Below, in pieces: positions 8,001-8,322 of a stretch of 8,322 nucleotides of DNA. The notes beneath the pieces are model-generated. The model made no database searches. It saw only the letters and a list, made by a program, of their open reading frames with translations, and was not told the DNA's origin. Made by a program: the position numbers and the translations under genes. The stretch comes from Ascoidea asiatica JCM 7603 (lineage: Eukaryota > Fungi > Ascomycota): positions 343,652-351,973 of the forward strand of contig BCKQ01000013.1 of the NCBI GenBank assembly GCA_001600695.1, in the 5' to 3' direction. The first letter of the stretch is position 1, and each line of letters begins with the position of its first letter.

Positions 8001-8322
8001 TAAATGTTGTAACTGAATTGGTAATTGATTATTATTTTGTAAATTTTGATCCACTAGCATACGATTTTCCCTTTGAAGGAAATCTCTTTGTTGATTCAAT
8101 ATATCATTTTGAGCTCTGATATGAGCTTGATTAATTCTTTCGATATTTTGATTATGAAAAGGTTGAATGGGTCGAATTAGATTATCAATTGGATTATTAA
8201 TTGGATTATTAATTGGATTATTAATTAGATTATCAATTGGATTATCAATTGGATTATCAATTGGATTATCAATTGGATTATCAATTGGATTATCAATTGG
8301 ATTATCAATTGGATTATCAATT
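5064..8322 (-). CDS. SSM4: ERAD-associated E3 ubiquitin ligase Doa10/Ssm4 (MARCH6/TEB4 family), 5'-partial; RING-CH domain lies outside the window
   Basis: Polytopic membrane protein with TD-domain motifs VLELLIFPAYCGILVD and ILRPGVLFFIRSQDDPN..LAHDALVKPLSLQISR, FVPDGNYIRAPDND, VIYRPPNFGTRI and the C-terminal element VKEEFYARGRTLEN. The frame stays open upstream of the track's TTG 'start' at 8099 up to the window edge. Stop is TAA 5066-5064. Confidence 0.95.
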   Translation of the reverse strand, partial: IDNPIDNPIDNPIDNPIDNPIDNPIDNPIDNLINNPINNPINNPIDNLIRPIQPFHNQNIERINQAHIRAQNDILNQQRDFLQRENRMLVDQNLQNNNQLPIQLQHLPQIQFENLPPLEFPVQREREANGLPIRVPPGPQFNLAPPRAPNPQEIPPDDELLVALNFGIDITSSLKLTIIADSIMALWLFTFYFLPSYSGKYFFKLSFECLYQSFLFITNYLFFKSVPIKNLFNNLSLKFDSILNQFIINHRYWTKCFRFLNNRFLNPSILTINDILKSKYPTTFTHRLIFLISGYLLVAYTIKFILSYLQKGTSKLKPLSGISREIFVILYDFVLTSKVFSIFVLELLIFPAYCGILVDFTLNPLLIPDSLNDFYDIENFKCLTTSSIWVIKDNLSIRLTLHWVIGTIYMCLFALFVGMIRSSILRPGVLFFIRSQDDPNVRLAHDALVKPLSLQISRFLLSGLLYTIFILVGIGGVTYSIKYFSPILLFPIQITSSLKFYFASPVFYVFGQFLPLMIKYARLYWSWVFTLVSHEFRLSSFLLNKDNLQERGYVVYRNLFHRIIRSKPDYSRPESYESSLALFKENLSINAIFVPDGNYIRAPDNDSIKRKYLKALFIPVTKDDQILPNPNKNKYTKKNKNNKKNKKNNEINNDNDNIDSDSDFKDNDTIPTNLNKGYAVIYRPPNFGTRIFLFIFTIWIFSVLLFIGGGFLMFLMGKPVSQMNCMISLLEHKAGIIGSDKLYCSSEINFFQLDLPSLNYGFNLVIFLLYAYQFKSEVGKVWRALLNKLTQNPNLNENGNININGVETEIIKAERNETGNETENENEITLMKKIVIKAKLIYLSINYYVLLVIQLLRPVIDRLHFILTATIVFFLFWLSFFLTLIHIVLIHVLTIDLTSKYLQGDIEMDSLNINSTTIIFHSILSFFTLLPFLRKYMKLTLEINRRRISVEYAFTKFLLPLLISLLIWWPLIISLYLTQIKLMDKNIGGINILEKNSGYFNIFRESNKFENSSIFLNNKIYYKPIIISADFITILFVFMKGYLDLDDYLKKINEGVKEEFYARGRTLENIEENEENIINEEIKDE
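6335..6440 (-). repeat. Low-complexity Asn/Lys then Asn/Asp tract within Doa10
   Basis: NPNKNKYTKKNKNNKKNKKNNEINNDNDNIDSDSD between the conserved PVTKDD and YRPPNF motifs. Confidence 0.8.
8178..8322 (-). repeat. 12-bp coding minisatellite, at least 12 units, encoding (IDNP)7-IDNL-(INNP)3-IDNL
   Basis: Units TGGATTATCAAT / TGGATTATTAAT / TAGATTATCAAT on the + strand, in frame with DOA10, running off the right edge. Confidence 0.96.

Noticed and set aside
8097-8099. ORF-track start of the 1011-aa protein
   Set aside because: It is a TTG. The frame is open to the window edge and the N-terminal RING-CH is missing, so the true start is outside the window.
7937-8119. 60-aa + ORF
   Set aside because: Antisense shadow of DOA10.
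8178-8322. CRISPR-like array
   Set aside because: Contiguous 12-bp units with no spacers, in frame within a eukaryotic gene.

Overview
AT-rich eukaryotic DNA, most consistent with a budding yeast, with two main components on the minus strand. (1) About 1-3740: the 5' half of a decaying Ty3/gypsy LTR retrotransposon. One reading frame (ATG 1995, running off the left edge, missed by the ORF track) encodes Gag with a CCHC knuckle, an aspartic protease and reverse transcriptase up to YVDD. It carries one in-frame TAA and several substitutions at conserved residues. Upstream lie a further disrupted ORF of about 219 codons that stops 5 nt before the gag ATG, a long leader with an A26 tract and intron-like signals, and a candidate 5' LTR/promoter with a TATA box and a duplicated cluster of heat-shock-like nGAAn elements. 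(2) 5064-8322: the C-terminal ~1085 codons of the ERAD E3 ligase DOA10/SSM4 (MARCH6 family), which starts beyond the right edge and contains an in-frame 12-bp (IDNP)n minisatellite. CTG codon context hints at a CUG=Ser genetic code. LTR boundaries, the primer-binding site and 3740-5060 remain unresolved.
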